Origin: Thiobacillaceae bacterium
GTDB lineage: Bacteria; Pseudomonadota; Gammaproteobacteria; Burkholderiales; Thiobacillaceae
Length of the DNA: 64,000 nucleotides
Direction: 5' to 3'
Assembly (NCBI GenBank): GCA_031366105.1
Contig: JANLZE010000116.1
Coordinates: 43,928-107,927, forward strand
Shown here: piece after piece, positions 29,842 through 38,856 of the stretch
Layout: the number at the start of each line of letters is the position of its first letter
Numbering within the stretch: the stretch's first letter is position 1
Position numbers and translations under genes: made by a program
The notes under the pieces: generated by a model
What the model saw: the letters and a program-made list of their open reading frames with translations, nothing else
What the model was told of the DNA's origin: nothing
The model's database searches: none

Positions 29842-29854
29842 GTATTTCCCAGCC

Positions 29855-29889
29855 AATAAAAAAGCCGACCTAAGGTCGGCTTTTTTATT
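29855..29889. terminator. Bidirectional intrinsic terminator after dsrE2
   Basis: AATAAAAAAGCCGACC-TAA-GGTCGGCTTTTTTATT. Confidence 0.9.
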
Positions 29890-30035
29890 GCAACACTGTT
29901 ACAAATTAACCACATTTTTAAAGAACCCCGCTTATTAAGCCGTTATTCGCTTGTCTGGAACCCATGACAAACAGTAGTCTTCACATCACCAACAATGATT
30001 AAAAAATAATCGTAAACTTAACCTAGGAGAGACCA

Positions 30036-31319
30036 ATGAAATTAACACGCGTACTTGCACTTATGACCTTAGCGGGCTTGGCCACAGCGGCCCATGCGAC
30101 CAACGGCTATTTTTCTCACGGTTATGGTATGAAAGCCAAAGGAATGGCGGGTGCTGCTACAGCCAGCTCTGACGACGCTTTCGGTGGTGCCAACAATCCG
30201 GCTTCAATGGCGTTTGCAGGTAACAGGCTTGATCTGGGTGTGGATCTGTTCAGCCCTCGTCGCGAGGCCTCCAATACTGGCGGTGCTTTTGGTCCAGGAA
30301 CAGTAAGTTCAGATAGCAGCTCTAAATATTTTGCGATTCCAGAGCTGGGCTATAACCATATGATGAACAATAACTTGGCGCTTGGCGTTACGGTTTATGG
30401 CAATGGCGGCATGAATACGAATTACCGTGCACTGGGAGGTGTATATGGCAATACCAATCTATTGGGTGGACAAGGTTCATTGGGTGTTGACCTGATGCAG
30501 TTGATTATTGCGCCCACGGTAGCATTTAAAATCGCTCCCAATCATTCGATTGGCATCTCTCCGCTATTAGGTTATCAGCGCTTCAAAGCTGAAGGGATAC
30601 AACCCTTTTCGGGCTTTTCGAGCAGCCCTACGAATGTAAGTAATAAAGGCTACGACGACGCATTTGGTTATGGTGTACGCATTGGCTACATGGGCAAGAT
30701 CACGCCCACCATATCTATCGGCGCAGCGTACGCTTCCGAGATGAATTTTCAAAAATTCGGCAAATATGCAGGCTTATTTGCCGAGCAGGGTAATTTCGAT
30801 ATTCCCGAGAATTACAACCTTGGCGTAGCGTGGCAGGCCACGCCAGCAATTAAACTGGCCTTGGATTACCAGCGCATCAATTACAGCCAGGTTAGCGCCG
30901 TAGGCAATCCAGTATTGCCTAACTTTGCAAACGGTATGGGCGCAAGCAATGGCCCAGGCTTTGGCTGGGAAGATATGGATATCTGGAAGTTTGGCGTCGA
31001 ATACAAACCGAGCCAGAATTGGACCGTGCGTGCAGGTTACAGCCACGCAGACAGTCCGATCAAGGGTAATTTGACCTGTGCAACTTTGACGAATTGCGGC
31101 GAAGTCACCCTGAACATCTTAGCGCCTGCGGTAGTTGAAGATCATGTCACATTCGGATTTACGTACACCCTTCCTACTGGCAACGAGTTGACGATGTCCT
31201 TTATGCATGCATTCGATAACAATGTGAGTGGCGCACGTCCGGCAGCCTTCGGCGGTGGCGTCGACAAAATCAAAATGTATCAGGACTCCTTGGGTATTCA
31301 GTACAGCTGGAAAATGTAA
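30036..31319 (+). CDS. FadL/OmpP1/TodX-family outer-membrane channel
   Basis: Signal peptide, then GYG.K..GMAGA and NNPASM hatch motifs, YG.GG..T.Y, WTVRAGYS and an aromatic C-terminal beta-strand. Confidence 0.88.
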   Translation: MKLTRVLALMTLAGLATAAHATNGYFSHGYGMKAKGMAGAATASSDDAFGGANNPASMAFAGNRLDLGVDLFSPRREASNTGGAFGPGTVSSDSSSKYFAIPELGYNHMMNNNLALGVTVYGNGGMNTNYRALGGVYGNTNLLGGQGSLGVDLMQLIIAPTVAFKIAPNHSIGISPLLGYQRFKAEGIQPFSGFSSSPTNVSNKGYDDAFGYGVRIGYMGKITPTISIGAAYASEMNFQKFGKYAGLFAEQGNFDIPENYNLGVAWQATPAIKLALDYQRINYSQVSAVGNPVLPNFANGMGASNGPGFGWEDMDIWKFGVEYKPSQNWTVRAGYSHADSPIKGNLTCATLTNCGEVTLNILAPAVVEDHVTFGFTYTLPTGNELTMSFMHAFDNNVSGARPAAFGGGVDKIKMYQDSLGIQYSWKM

Positions 31320-31332
31320 GGTTAAGAGGTTT

Positions 31333-31366
31333 AAAAAAAGCCGGGGTTAAAAGCCCCGGCTTTTTT
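31333..31366. terminator. Bidirectional intrinsic terminator between the fadL-like gene and valS
   Basis: A7-GCCGGGG-TTAAAAG-CCCCGGC-T6. Confidence 0.88.
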
Positions 31367-31386
31367 GTTGGGTAACATACCAGCGA

Positions 31387-34125
31387 TTAATCCAAACGTT
31401 GGTGCTGCATCTCCAACTTTTTGAGCATGCCGACAAAATCCGCTAGTCGCGCCTCCTCCTGTGTAACAACCGCAGCTGGAGCTTTATCGATGAAGCTGGT
31501 ATTAGCCAACTTGCTTTGGGCTTTGTTAATTTCGTGATTGATGCGCGTGATTTCCTTTGACAATCGTGCGCGTTCTTCATCTTTGTTGATTTCAACTACC
31601 AGCATCAGTCGCATATTTCCTGCAAGCGCAACGGGCGCATCCATATTGCTCAGCGTACTGACAGCACTGATGGCTGAAAGTTTGCCAAGCGCGCTGATGT
31701 AGGGCGCGAGAGCACCAATGACAGCAACATCGCCTTCGATCACCAACGGCACCCGTTGGGCAGGCGATAGGTTCATTTCACTACGCAGGGTGCGGCAGGC
31801 ATTAACCAACTCTTTCAATGTGTGAAGGCGTGCAACACTGTCGGGATGGTACTGCGCCGCATCGTTCTGTGGGTAGGACGCGAGCATGATGCTGTCCCCC
31901 AACTTAGTGGCCAGTGGGGCTACTTTCTGCCATAACTCTTCGGTGATAAAAGGGATGATTGGATGAGCAAGGCGTAATGTGGTTTCGAGCACGCGGGCGA
32001 GGGTATAGCGTGTTGCGCGCTGCTGTTCAGGCGTGCCGTTGTTGAGTTGCACCTTGGCGAGCTCCAGATACCAGTCACAGTATTCATCCCATACAAATTC
32101 GTAAATGGCACGTGCCGCCTGGTCAAAGCGATAGGCCTTGAACCCCGCATGCACTTCGCCGATGGCTTGTTGCAGGCGCGCCGCAATCCAACGGTCGGCG
32201 TCCGAAAATTCCATCGGCAAACGTGAGTCTTGCCCACAGTCGTGGCCTTCCAGATTCATCAGCGCAAAGCGAGTGGCGTTCCACAGCTTGTTGCAAAAAT
32301 TGCGATAGCCTTCGGCACGTTGCAGGTCGAATTTGATATCGCGGCCGTGGGTTGCGAGCGAAGCAAAAGTGAAACGCAGTGCATCGGTGCCGAACGCGGC
32401 AATGCCGTCGGGGAATTCGCGGCGGGTGCGTTTTTCGATGCTGGGCGCTTTGCGCGGGTCCATCAAACCGGTGGTGCGTTTGGCGACCAATGCGTCTACT
32501 GCAATGCCGTCGATCAGGTCGATCGGATCAAGCACGTTGCCTTTGGATTTGCTCATCTTCTGGCCTTCTGAGTCGCGCACCAGGCCAGTCACATAAACTT
32601 CGCGGAACGGGACTTTGTCGGTAAGGTGCAGCGACATCATCACCATGCGCGCTACCCAGAAGAAAATAATGTCAAAGCCCGTGACCAGTACGGAGGTCGG
32701 CAGATAGCGTTCAAGTTCGGGCGTTTGTTCCGGCCAGCCTAGCGTAGAAAAAGGCCATAACGCCGACGAAAACCAGGTGTCGAGCACGTCGTTATCTTGC
32801 GTGAGTTCACGCCCCGCTGCTTGCTTTTTGGCCTCGGCTTCAGTATGCGCGACGTAATAATTGCCCTCCGCGTCGTACCAGGCCGGGATGCGATGGCCCC
32901 ACCAGAGTTGTCGCGACACGCACCAGTCCTGGATATTTTCCAGCCATTGACGATAGGTGCTGGCCCAGTTCTCGGGCACAAATTTCAGCTCGCCACTGTC
33001 GACTACATCCAGTCCGCGTTTCGCTAAACTTTCCATGCTCATAAACCACTGGTCGGTGAGCATGGGCTCGATCACCGCATGCGTACGGTCGCCGCGGGGG
33101 ATCATTAATTTGTGCGGTTTGGCGGAGACTAGCAGGGCTTTAGCTTGCAACTCATCCAGCACTTTTTGGCGCGCAGCATAGCGATCCAGACCTTGATATT
33201 CGGTTGGGGAAAGGTCGTTCATCTTGGCATCCAGCGTGAATACGCTGATAGCCACCAGATGATGTCGCTGGCCCACTTGCCAGTCGTTAAAATCATGCGC
33301 GGGTGTAATTTTAACTACGCCCGTGCCGAATTCCGGATTAGCGTAATCGTCCGCAATAATTGGAATGGACCGCTCAGCAATAGGCAGCCGCACTTGTTTG
33401 CCGATTAAGTGCGTGTAGCGTTCGTCGTGAGGGTTGACCGCGACGGCGGTATCGCCCAATAAAGTCTCCGGTCGCGTGGTGGCTACCGTCAAAAACCCCG
33501 AACCATCCTCCAGTGGATAGTTGATTTCCCAGATGAAGCCGTCTTCTTCCTCGCTAACCACTTCCAGATCGGACACCGCGGTTTGCAAAACCGGGTCCCA
33601 GTTCACCAGTCTTTTGCCGCGATAGATCAGGCCTTCACGATACAGCCGCACAAAGACCTCGGTGACCGCTTTGGACAGCCCCTCGTCCATTGTGAAGCGT
33701 TCACGACTCCAGTCAGGCGAGGTGCCTAGACGCCGCATTTGCTGCGTGATGGTCGAGCCGGATTGCTCCTTCCACGCCCAAACTTTTTCCAGAAATTGTT
33801 CGCGTCCGAGGTCGTGGCGCGAAATATTTTGTGCGTCGAGCTGGCGCTCCACTACGATCTGCGTAGCAATGCCGGCATGATCGGTACCGGGTTGCCACAG
33901 CGTGTTGTCGCCCATCATGCGGTGGTAGCGGGTGAGCGCATCCATTAGCGTGTGCTGGAACGCATGCCCCATATGCAGTGTGCCGGTGACATTAGGGGGC
34001 GGCAACATGATGCAGTAGGCCGGCTGTTCGGGTTGATCACTGGCTTTGAAATATCCAGCGGCTTCCCAGCGGGCATACCAACGGTGTTCTATCTCACCGG
34101 GTTCAAAAGATTTAGCGAGTTCCAT
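31387..34125 (-). CDS. valS: Valine--tRNA ligase
   Basis: [13 protein letters not shown] (HIGH), [20 protein letters not shown] and C-terminal coiled coil. Confidence 0.98.
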   Translation of the reverse strand: MELAKSFEPGEIEHRWYARWEAAGYFKASDQPEQPAYCIMLPPPNVTGTLHMGHAFQHTLMDALTRYHRMMGDNTLWQPGTDHAGIATQIVVERQLDAQNISRHDLGREQFLEKVWAWKEQSGSTITQQMRRLGTSPDWSRERFTMDEGLSKAVTEVFVRLYREGLIYRGKRLVNWDPVLQTAVSDLEVVSEEEDGFIWEINYPLEDGSGFLTVATTRPETLLGDTAVAVNPHDERYTHLIGKQVRLPIAERSIPIIADDYANPEFGTGVVKITPAHDFNDWQVGQRHHLVAISVFTLDAKMNDLSPTEYQGLDRYAARQKVLDELQAKALLVSAKPHKLMIPRGDRTHAVIEPMLTDQWFMSMESLAKRGLDVVDSGELKFVPENWASTYRQWLENIQDWCVSRQLWWGHRIPAWYDAEGNYYVAHTEAEAKKQAAGRELTQDNDVLDTWFSSALWPFSTLGWPEQTPELERYLPTSVLVTGFDIIFFWVARMVMMSLHLTDKVPFREVYVTGLVRDSEGQKMSKSKGNVLDPIDLIDGIAVDALVAKRTTGLMDPRKAPSIEKRTRREFPDGIAAFGTDALRFTFASLATHGRDIKFDLQRAEGYRNFCNKLWNATRFALMNLEGHDCGQDSRLPMEFSDADRWIAARLQQAIGEVHAGFKAYRFDQAARAIYEFVWDEYCDWYLELAKVQLNNGTPEQQRATRYTLARVLETTLRLAHPIIPFITEELWQKVAPLATKLGDSIMLASYPQNDAAQYHPDSVARLHTLKELVNACRTLRSEMNLSPAQRVPLVIEGDVAVIGALAPYISALGKLSAISAVSTLSNMDAPVALAGNMRLMLVVEINKDEERARLSKEITRINHEINKAQSKLANTSFIDKAPAAVVTQEEARLADFVGMLKKLEMQHQRLD

Positions 34126-34221
34126 GGAGGCTGAGCAAAGGCGCGATTATCCCAAAGAAACCCGAAGACGTCCCAGAAAACAGTACAGGCCCAAGTCCAG
34201 AAAGCCGGGTTGGCTGGCGTT

Positions 34222-34656
34222 TCAGGAATCCGGTTTATGTGATTTTAGTTTTTCGGCTACTGCATCGCGCACAATTTCACGCACGTTTACATCCAATTGC
34301 GACAGCAGCGTGGCGACGGTCTCATCCAGATTTTTGCGTAATTCGGTGGCGACCTGCTTCTCCATTACTTCAGAGAGTTTGGGCGCGAGTTCGCTGAGCA
34401 ACTGTTCTGCCAAGGTATCAGTCACCTGTTGCTCTGAGGCCGCAGGGGCTGCCACGCCGGGGGTGGGGGGGATGGGCGCTGGGCACGCAGCAGGCACAGC
34501 AACCGGTGGCGTCCCGCGTTGAACCACATCGGTAAGGACGGGTAACCAGCCTTCAGGTGCGGCGTCAGGTTTAGTATCCCCAGGTCCACGATGTTTTTTC
34601 ATCAACGCGTCCATCTTATCCAGCAATGGATTGGCTGGTGATGAATCGGTACTCAT
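34222..34656 (-). CDS. Hypothetical protein between holC and valS (DUF2486-like)
   Basis: P.LTDVV motif, Pro-rich linker and helical C-terminus. Overlaps the holC stop. Confidence 0.65.
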   Translation of the reverse strand: MSTDSSPANPLLDKMDALMKKHRGPGDTKPDAAPEGWLPVLTDVVQRGTPPVAVPAACPAPIPPTPGVAAPAASEQQVTDTLAEQLLSELAPKLSEVMEKQVATELRKNLDETVATLLSQLDVNVREIVRDAVAEKLKSHKPDS

Positions 34657-35081
34657 TGCGCGGCACTCCTGAGATCGACAGTGTTTAGCGCATAACCGCG
34701 TTCGCGGTAAAAGCGATAGCGCAGTCGCCCTTGTTCGACATCTTCGGCATCCATGCTGACAATTTCCAGCAAGCGTTGAAATCTCGAAAACGCTGGCGGG
34801 CGCTCGTGATGGAGGTTGATCATCACGTCAGCTTGAGTGACCGCATCCACGAGTTCGCCAATCAGCACCGGCGTTTCTGCAGCAAGGCTGTGGGTATCAC
34901 GGCAGTGCGGCAAGAAGCTTTGTGGCGGAGTGGTCCATAGCAGCACATCAATAGCGTCGGCGACCGTCGTATCCGGCGCGTAAATCATCACGCGCAAGCC
35001 GCGGGCCGCTGCTTTGGCTGCCAGTTGTCGCGCCACTGCCAGCCTGTTTTCAGCAAAGGTGTAAAAGCTGATTTCCGTCAC
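34653..35081 (-). CDS. holC: DNA polymerase III chi subunit
   Basis: MTEISFY, LLWT....FLPH and R.RYRFYRERGY motifs. pepA-holC-valS order. Confidence 0.93.
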   Translation of the reverse strand: MTEISFYTFAENRLAVARQLAAKAAARGLRVMIYAPDTTVADAIDVLLWTTPPQSFLPHCRDTHSLAAETPVLIGELVDAVTQADVMINLHHERPPAFSRFQRLLEIVSMDAEDVEQGRLRYRFYRERGYALNTVDLRSAAQ

Positions 35082-36589
35082 TTGTCCGCGCGATTGATTA
35101 GCAGGTTCACTAACAGCGGCACTGGGCGTCCGGTAGAACCTTTGTCGCGCCCGCCTTTGTAAGCCGTGCCAGCAATATCGAGGTGGGCCCAGGGATAGTT
35201 TTTAGCGAAGCGCCATAAAAAGCACGCGGCGGTGATTGAGCCGCCCGGGCGACCGCCAATATTTGCCATATCGGCCAGACTGCTTTTGAGCTGCTCTTGA
35301 TAATCTTCCCACAACGGCATGCGCCATACGCGGTCCCACGCGGTGTCTGCTGCACGTTGGATTTCGAGTGCCAGCGGCTCATCGCTGCTAAATAGCGCAC
35401 TCGGATGGGAGCCCAGCGCGATCACACAGGCGCCGGTCAAGGTGGCGAGATCAATCACTGCATCGGGTTTAAAGCGTTCGGCATAAGTTAACGCGTCGCA
35501 CAAAATCAAGCGGCCTTCAGCATCGGTATTCAGGATCTCAATCGTTTGACCCGACATGCTGGTAACGATGTCACCGGGCTTGTTGGCAGCAGCGTCAGGC
35601 ATGTTTTCACAGGCAGGAATCAAGCCCACTACATTTAGCTTTAAACCCAACTCGCCCAATGCCCGGAAAGTGCCCAGCACCGCACCGCCGCCACTCATGT
35701 CGTAATTCATTTCGTCCATCTCGCCGGGCGGTTTTAACGAAATCCCGCCCGCGTCAAACGTGACTGCCTTGCCGACTAACACAATAGGCTTCACATTTTT
35801 TTTGCCAGCGTGGTGTTGCAGCACAATAAAGCGCGACGGCTTGTCGCTGCCTTTACCTACCGATAAGAACGAGCCCATGCCCAGTTTTTCGCAGGCTTTC
35901 TCGTCGAGAATTTCACATTTGAACCCATACGTTTTAGCCAGCGCTTTGGCTTGGGCCGCCAAATATTCGGGCGTGCAGATATTGGAAGGCGTATTGCCCA
36001 GATCTTTGGCCAGATGCATGCCTCCAGCAATGGCCAAACCTTGCACCAAACCGGCTTTTGCAGCTTTGGTATTGTTCGCCTCAGTCAGTGCAAAGCCGAT
36101 TTTTTTTAGTGGGCGCTTCACGTCCGCAGGCTTGCTTTTCATGCTGTCAAAGCAATACAGCACTTCGTGGGCGACAGTCACGGCCTGGGCAATATTCCAG
36201 CGGATGTCACGCCCAGTCACCGGTTGATCCACCAGGTAAATCACGGCGTCCTGAGCGCCACTGCCACGCAGTGCTTTGATGCTGGTGCCGATCGCATCGC
36301 GAAAGGCCTTTTCATTGAATGCGCTCTGTTTACCCAAGCCCACCAGCAGTACCCGTTCAGAAAGCGTGCCGGGTAAGTTGTGCAGCATTAAAGTGCTGTT
36401 AGCTTTGCCAAGCATGTCTCCGCTACGTAAAATCCCGCTCAGAAAACCCGCGCTGGCCTGATCAAGCGCAGTGATGGTCTCTAAAGGTTCGCCGTCCTCG
36501 AATATCCCCACCACCACACATGCGCCACGCTGCTTTTCGGGCGGGGTGTTTTTTATGCTAAATTCCAAATCGGTTTTTTTGTTTGCCAT
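35078..36589 (-). CDS. pepA: Leucyl aminopeptidase
   Basis: GKAVTFDAGGISLKP, NTDAEGRL, ATLTGAC and WAHLDIAG motifs. Confidence 0.96.
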   Translation of the reverse strand: MANKKTDLEFSIKNTPPEKQRGACVVVGIFEDGEPLETITALDQASAGFLSGILRSGDMLGKANSTLMLHNLPGTLSERVLLVGLGKQSAFNEKAFRDAIGTSIKALRGSGAQDAVIYLVDQPVTGRDIRWNIAQAVTVAHEVLYCFDSMKSKPADVKRPLKKIGFALTEANNTKAAKAGLVQGLAIAGGMHLAKDLGNTPSNICTPEYLAAQAKALAKTYGFKCEILDEKACEKLGMGSFLSVGKGSDKPSRFIVLQHHAGKKNVKPIVLVGKAVTFDAGGISLKPPGEMDEMNYDMSGGGAVLGTFRALGELGLKLNVVGLIPACENMPDAAANKPGDIVTSMSGQTIEILNTDAEGRLILCDALTYAERFKPDAVIDLATLTGACVIALGSHPSALFSSDEPLALEIQRAADTAWDRVWRMPLWEDYQEQLKSSLADMANIGGRPGGSITAACFLWRFAKNYPWAHLDIAGTAYKGGRDKGSTGRPVPLLVNLLINRADK

Positions 36590-36703
36590 GAACGTGCCTA
36601 AAATAGTTCAATTACGAATACGCCCTGCATTGATTATTGGCGTATGTCGGGATGATTGTCAAAACGACTTTCACAGGTCTCCTCCTTCAAGATGGGTTCC
36701 TCC

Positions 36704-37786
36704 ATGCTTTATCGCCGCACCCTGATCCGTGATCTAGGTTTATCCACTGCCGCTGTTCTGGTGGTGCTGATGGGGATTGCACTGGTGACGCTCTTTATTC
36801 GTTTGCTGGGTGATGTGGCGCGCGGCAATTTAGCTAACGAAGCCATCTTCACGTATCTGGGGTTTTCGTTGCTGTACTTCATGCCAGTGCTGATGTCCAT
36901 TTCGCTCTTTGCCGGCGTATTGCTGTCACTCTCGCGAGCTTGGCGCGATAGCGAGATGATTATCTGGTTCAATTCGGGATTGTCATTAGTGCAATGGATA
37001 CGCCCAGTCCTCAGTTTTGCGCTCCCGATTACCTTGGTGATCTTCTTTTTAACCGTGGTACTAATCCCGTGGTCTTTAAGAGAAAAGAATACATACAAAG
37101 AAGAGCTGAAAAGCCGCAGTGAAACCGCAGCCATGGCACCCGGATTGTTTGCAGAAAATGATGCCGGCAAACGCGTGTACTTTGTCGAAGCGCTCAATCC
37201 GCTGACCGGAACGGTCAAGAATGTGTTTATGCAGTCACTGGAAAATGGAAAGATGGGTTTGGTCGTCTCCAAGCAAGGCAAGCACACCCAAATGCCTGAT
37301 GGTTCACGCTATCTGGTATTAAGCTCAGGGCGGCGCTATGAAGGCATACCGGGGAGCCTGGAATATCGCGTGACCAACTTCGAACATTATTGGATGCGGC
37401 TTGATCCCATGCCGGTTGAGGGCAGCGAGTTAACCATCAAGCAAGCCACTTTTTCCTCCTTATTGAATAAGCCGTCTGCGCAAATGCAAAGCGAAATATT
37501 GTGGCGCCTGGGTGCGCCGTTAAGCGCGCTTATTTTGTCGGTGATGGCGATACCGCTTAGCTTCGTCAATAGCCGTGCGCGTCGGTCCTACAGTTTGATA
37601 ATCGCGTTGTTGCTGTATTTCACCTACAACAATTTGTTATCGCTAAGCCAAGCGTGGGTGGGGTTGGGAAAACTCAATTTTGTTATCGGCTTGTTGGGCA
37701 TTCATACGCTGATGATTAGCGCGGCCGGCTTACTTTTTTATTCCAGAATTCGCATCAGTCGCGTATTCCCCTGGCGCAAAAAATGA
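36704..37786 (+). CDS. lptF: LPS export permease LptF
   Basis: YjgP/Q pattern (DSEM.IWF.SG, PL..V..R). Divergent from pepA and paired with lptG. Confidence 0.92.
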   Translation: MLYRRTLIRDLGLSTAAVLVVLMGIALVTLFIRLLGDVARGNLANEAIFTYLGFSLLYFMPVLMSISLFAGVLLSLSRAWRDSEMIIWFNSGLSLVQWIRPVLSFALPITLVIFFLTVVLIPWSLREKNTYKEELKSRSETAAMAPGLFAENDAGKRVYFVEALNPLTGTVKNVFMQSLENGKMGLVVSKQGKHTQMPDGSRYLVLSSGRRYEGIPGSLEYRVTNFEHYWMRLDPMPVEGSELTIKQATFSSLLNKPSAQMQSEILWRLGAPLSALILSVMAIPLSFVNSRARRSYSLIIALLLYFTYNNLLSLSQAWVGLGKLNFVIGLLGIHTLMISAAGLLFYSRIRISRVFPWRKK

Positions 37787-38856
37787 GCACGCTAGCACGG
37801 TATTTGGCCTCGCAAGTGCTCATAGCCATGGGCTTTGTGCTGCTTGCCTTACTGGTGCTATTTGCGTTTTTTGACGTGATACAAGAGCTGGATCAGCTAG
37901 GGCGTGATAACTATGGCCTGTCGCAGCTGGCTTTATTTATTCTGTTGAATATGCCAGGCCACCTGTACGAGACATTGCCAGTCGCGGCACTGATCGGCAC
38001 CTTGTTCACCCTGTCGCGTTTGGTTGGAAATTCGGAATACGCCGTCATGCGAGTATCGGGGCTTTCCAATTGGCGTGTGGCAACGTATTTCACGTTAACC
38101 GGTAGCGTGTTGGCGTTGCTAGTACTGGCGATGGGCGAGTACGTATCGCCCTGGTCTGAGCAAGCGGCGCAACGCTTAAAACTTTCCGCCACGCATTCGT
38201 TGGTGGCGCAGCAATTTCGCTCCGGCTTATGGGTTAAGGATGGGCACACTTTTATCAATGCGCGCGAAGTCATGCCCGACAATACGCTGGCCGACATCAA
38301 TATTTATGAGTTTGACGAGAGCGGACGCTTGAATCTGATACGACGCGCCGAAAAGGCGACCTGGAAAGCGGGGCAAAATTGGGATTTGCTCAAGGTCGTC
38401 GAGACCCGTTTTGACGCCAGCGGCGTGCATGCAGGAATGCTTCCCATCCAGCCGTGGCACTCGATATTGTCGCCCGATATGTTGGGCGTGTTACTCATCG
38501 CCCCCGAAAAAATGTCTGCGCGAACGCTCTATAGTTATATCGTTCATCTGAAAAAAAATGGCCAAAAAGCCGCGCGTTATGAAATTGCACTGTGGTCAAA
38601 ATTCATCAACCCCTTTGCCATTCCGGTGATGATGTTGCTGGCAATGCCGTTTGCATTGCACCGCCCGCGCGCGGGTAGCGCCAGCACCAAAGTGTTTATT
38701 GGCATTTTGGCAGGCCTGGGGTTTCATTTGCTCACCCGAATGTTTGGGCATCTGGGTTTGCTCAATGAATGGCCCGCATATGCGGTATCGACCTTGCCGC
38801 TCGTCGTGTTTCTGTCGATTGCATTGGCTGCGATTAGATGGGTGGATCGCAGGTAA
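37783..38856 (+). CDS. lptG: LPS export permease LptG
   Basis: LPVAALIG.L..L..L..NSE..VMR.SG, G.WVKDG and W.K...P motifs. Confidence 0.92.
   Translation: MSTLARYLASQVLIAMGFVLLALLVLFAFFDVIQELDQLGRDNYGLSQLALFILLNMPGHLYETLPVAALIGTLFTLSRLVGNSEYAVMRVSGLSNWRVATYFTLTGSVLALLVLAMGEYVSPWSEQAAQRLKLSATHSLVAQQFRSGLWVKDGHTFINAREVMPDNTLADINIYEFDESGRLNLIRRAEKATWKAGQNWDLLKVVETRFDASGVHAGMLPIQPWHSILSPDMLGVLLIAPEKMSARTLYSYIVHLKKNGQKAARYEIALWSKFINPFAIPVMMLLAMPFALHRPRAGSASTKVFIGILAGLGFHLLTRMFGHLGLLNEWPAYAVSTLPLVVFLSIALAAIRWVDRR

Noticed and set aside
35700-35712. PepA EMNYD instead of the usual EMKYD
   Set aside because: The metal-binding and catalytic residues (K, D, K, D, DAE, R) are intact. A single substitution or base-call error is not informative.
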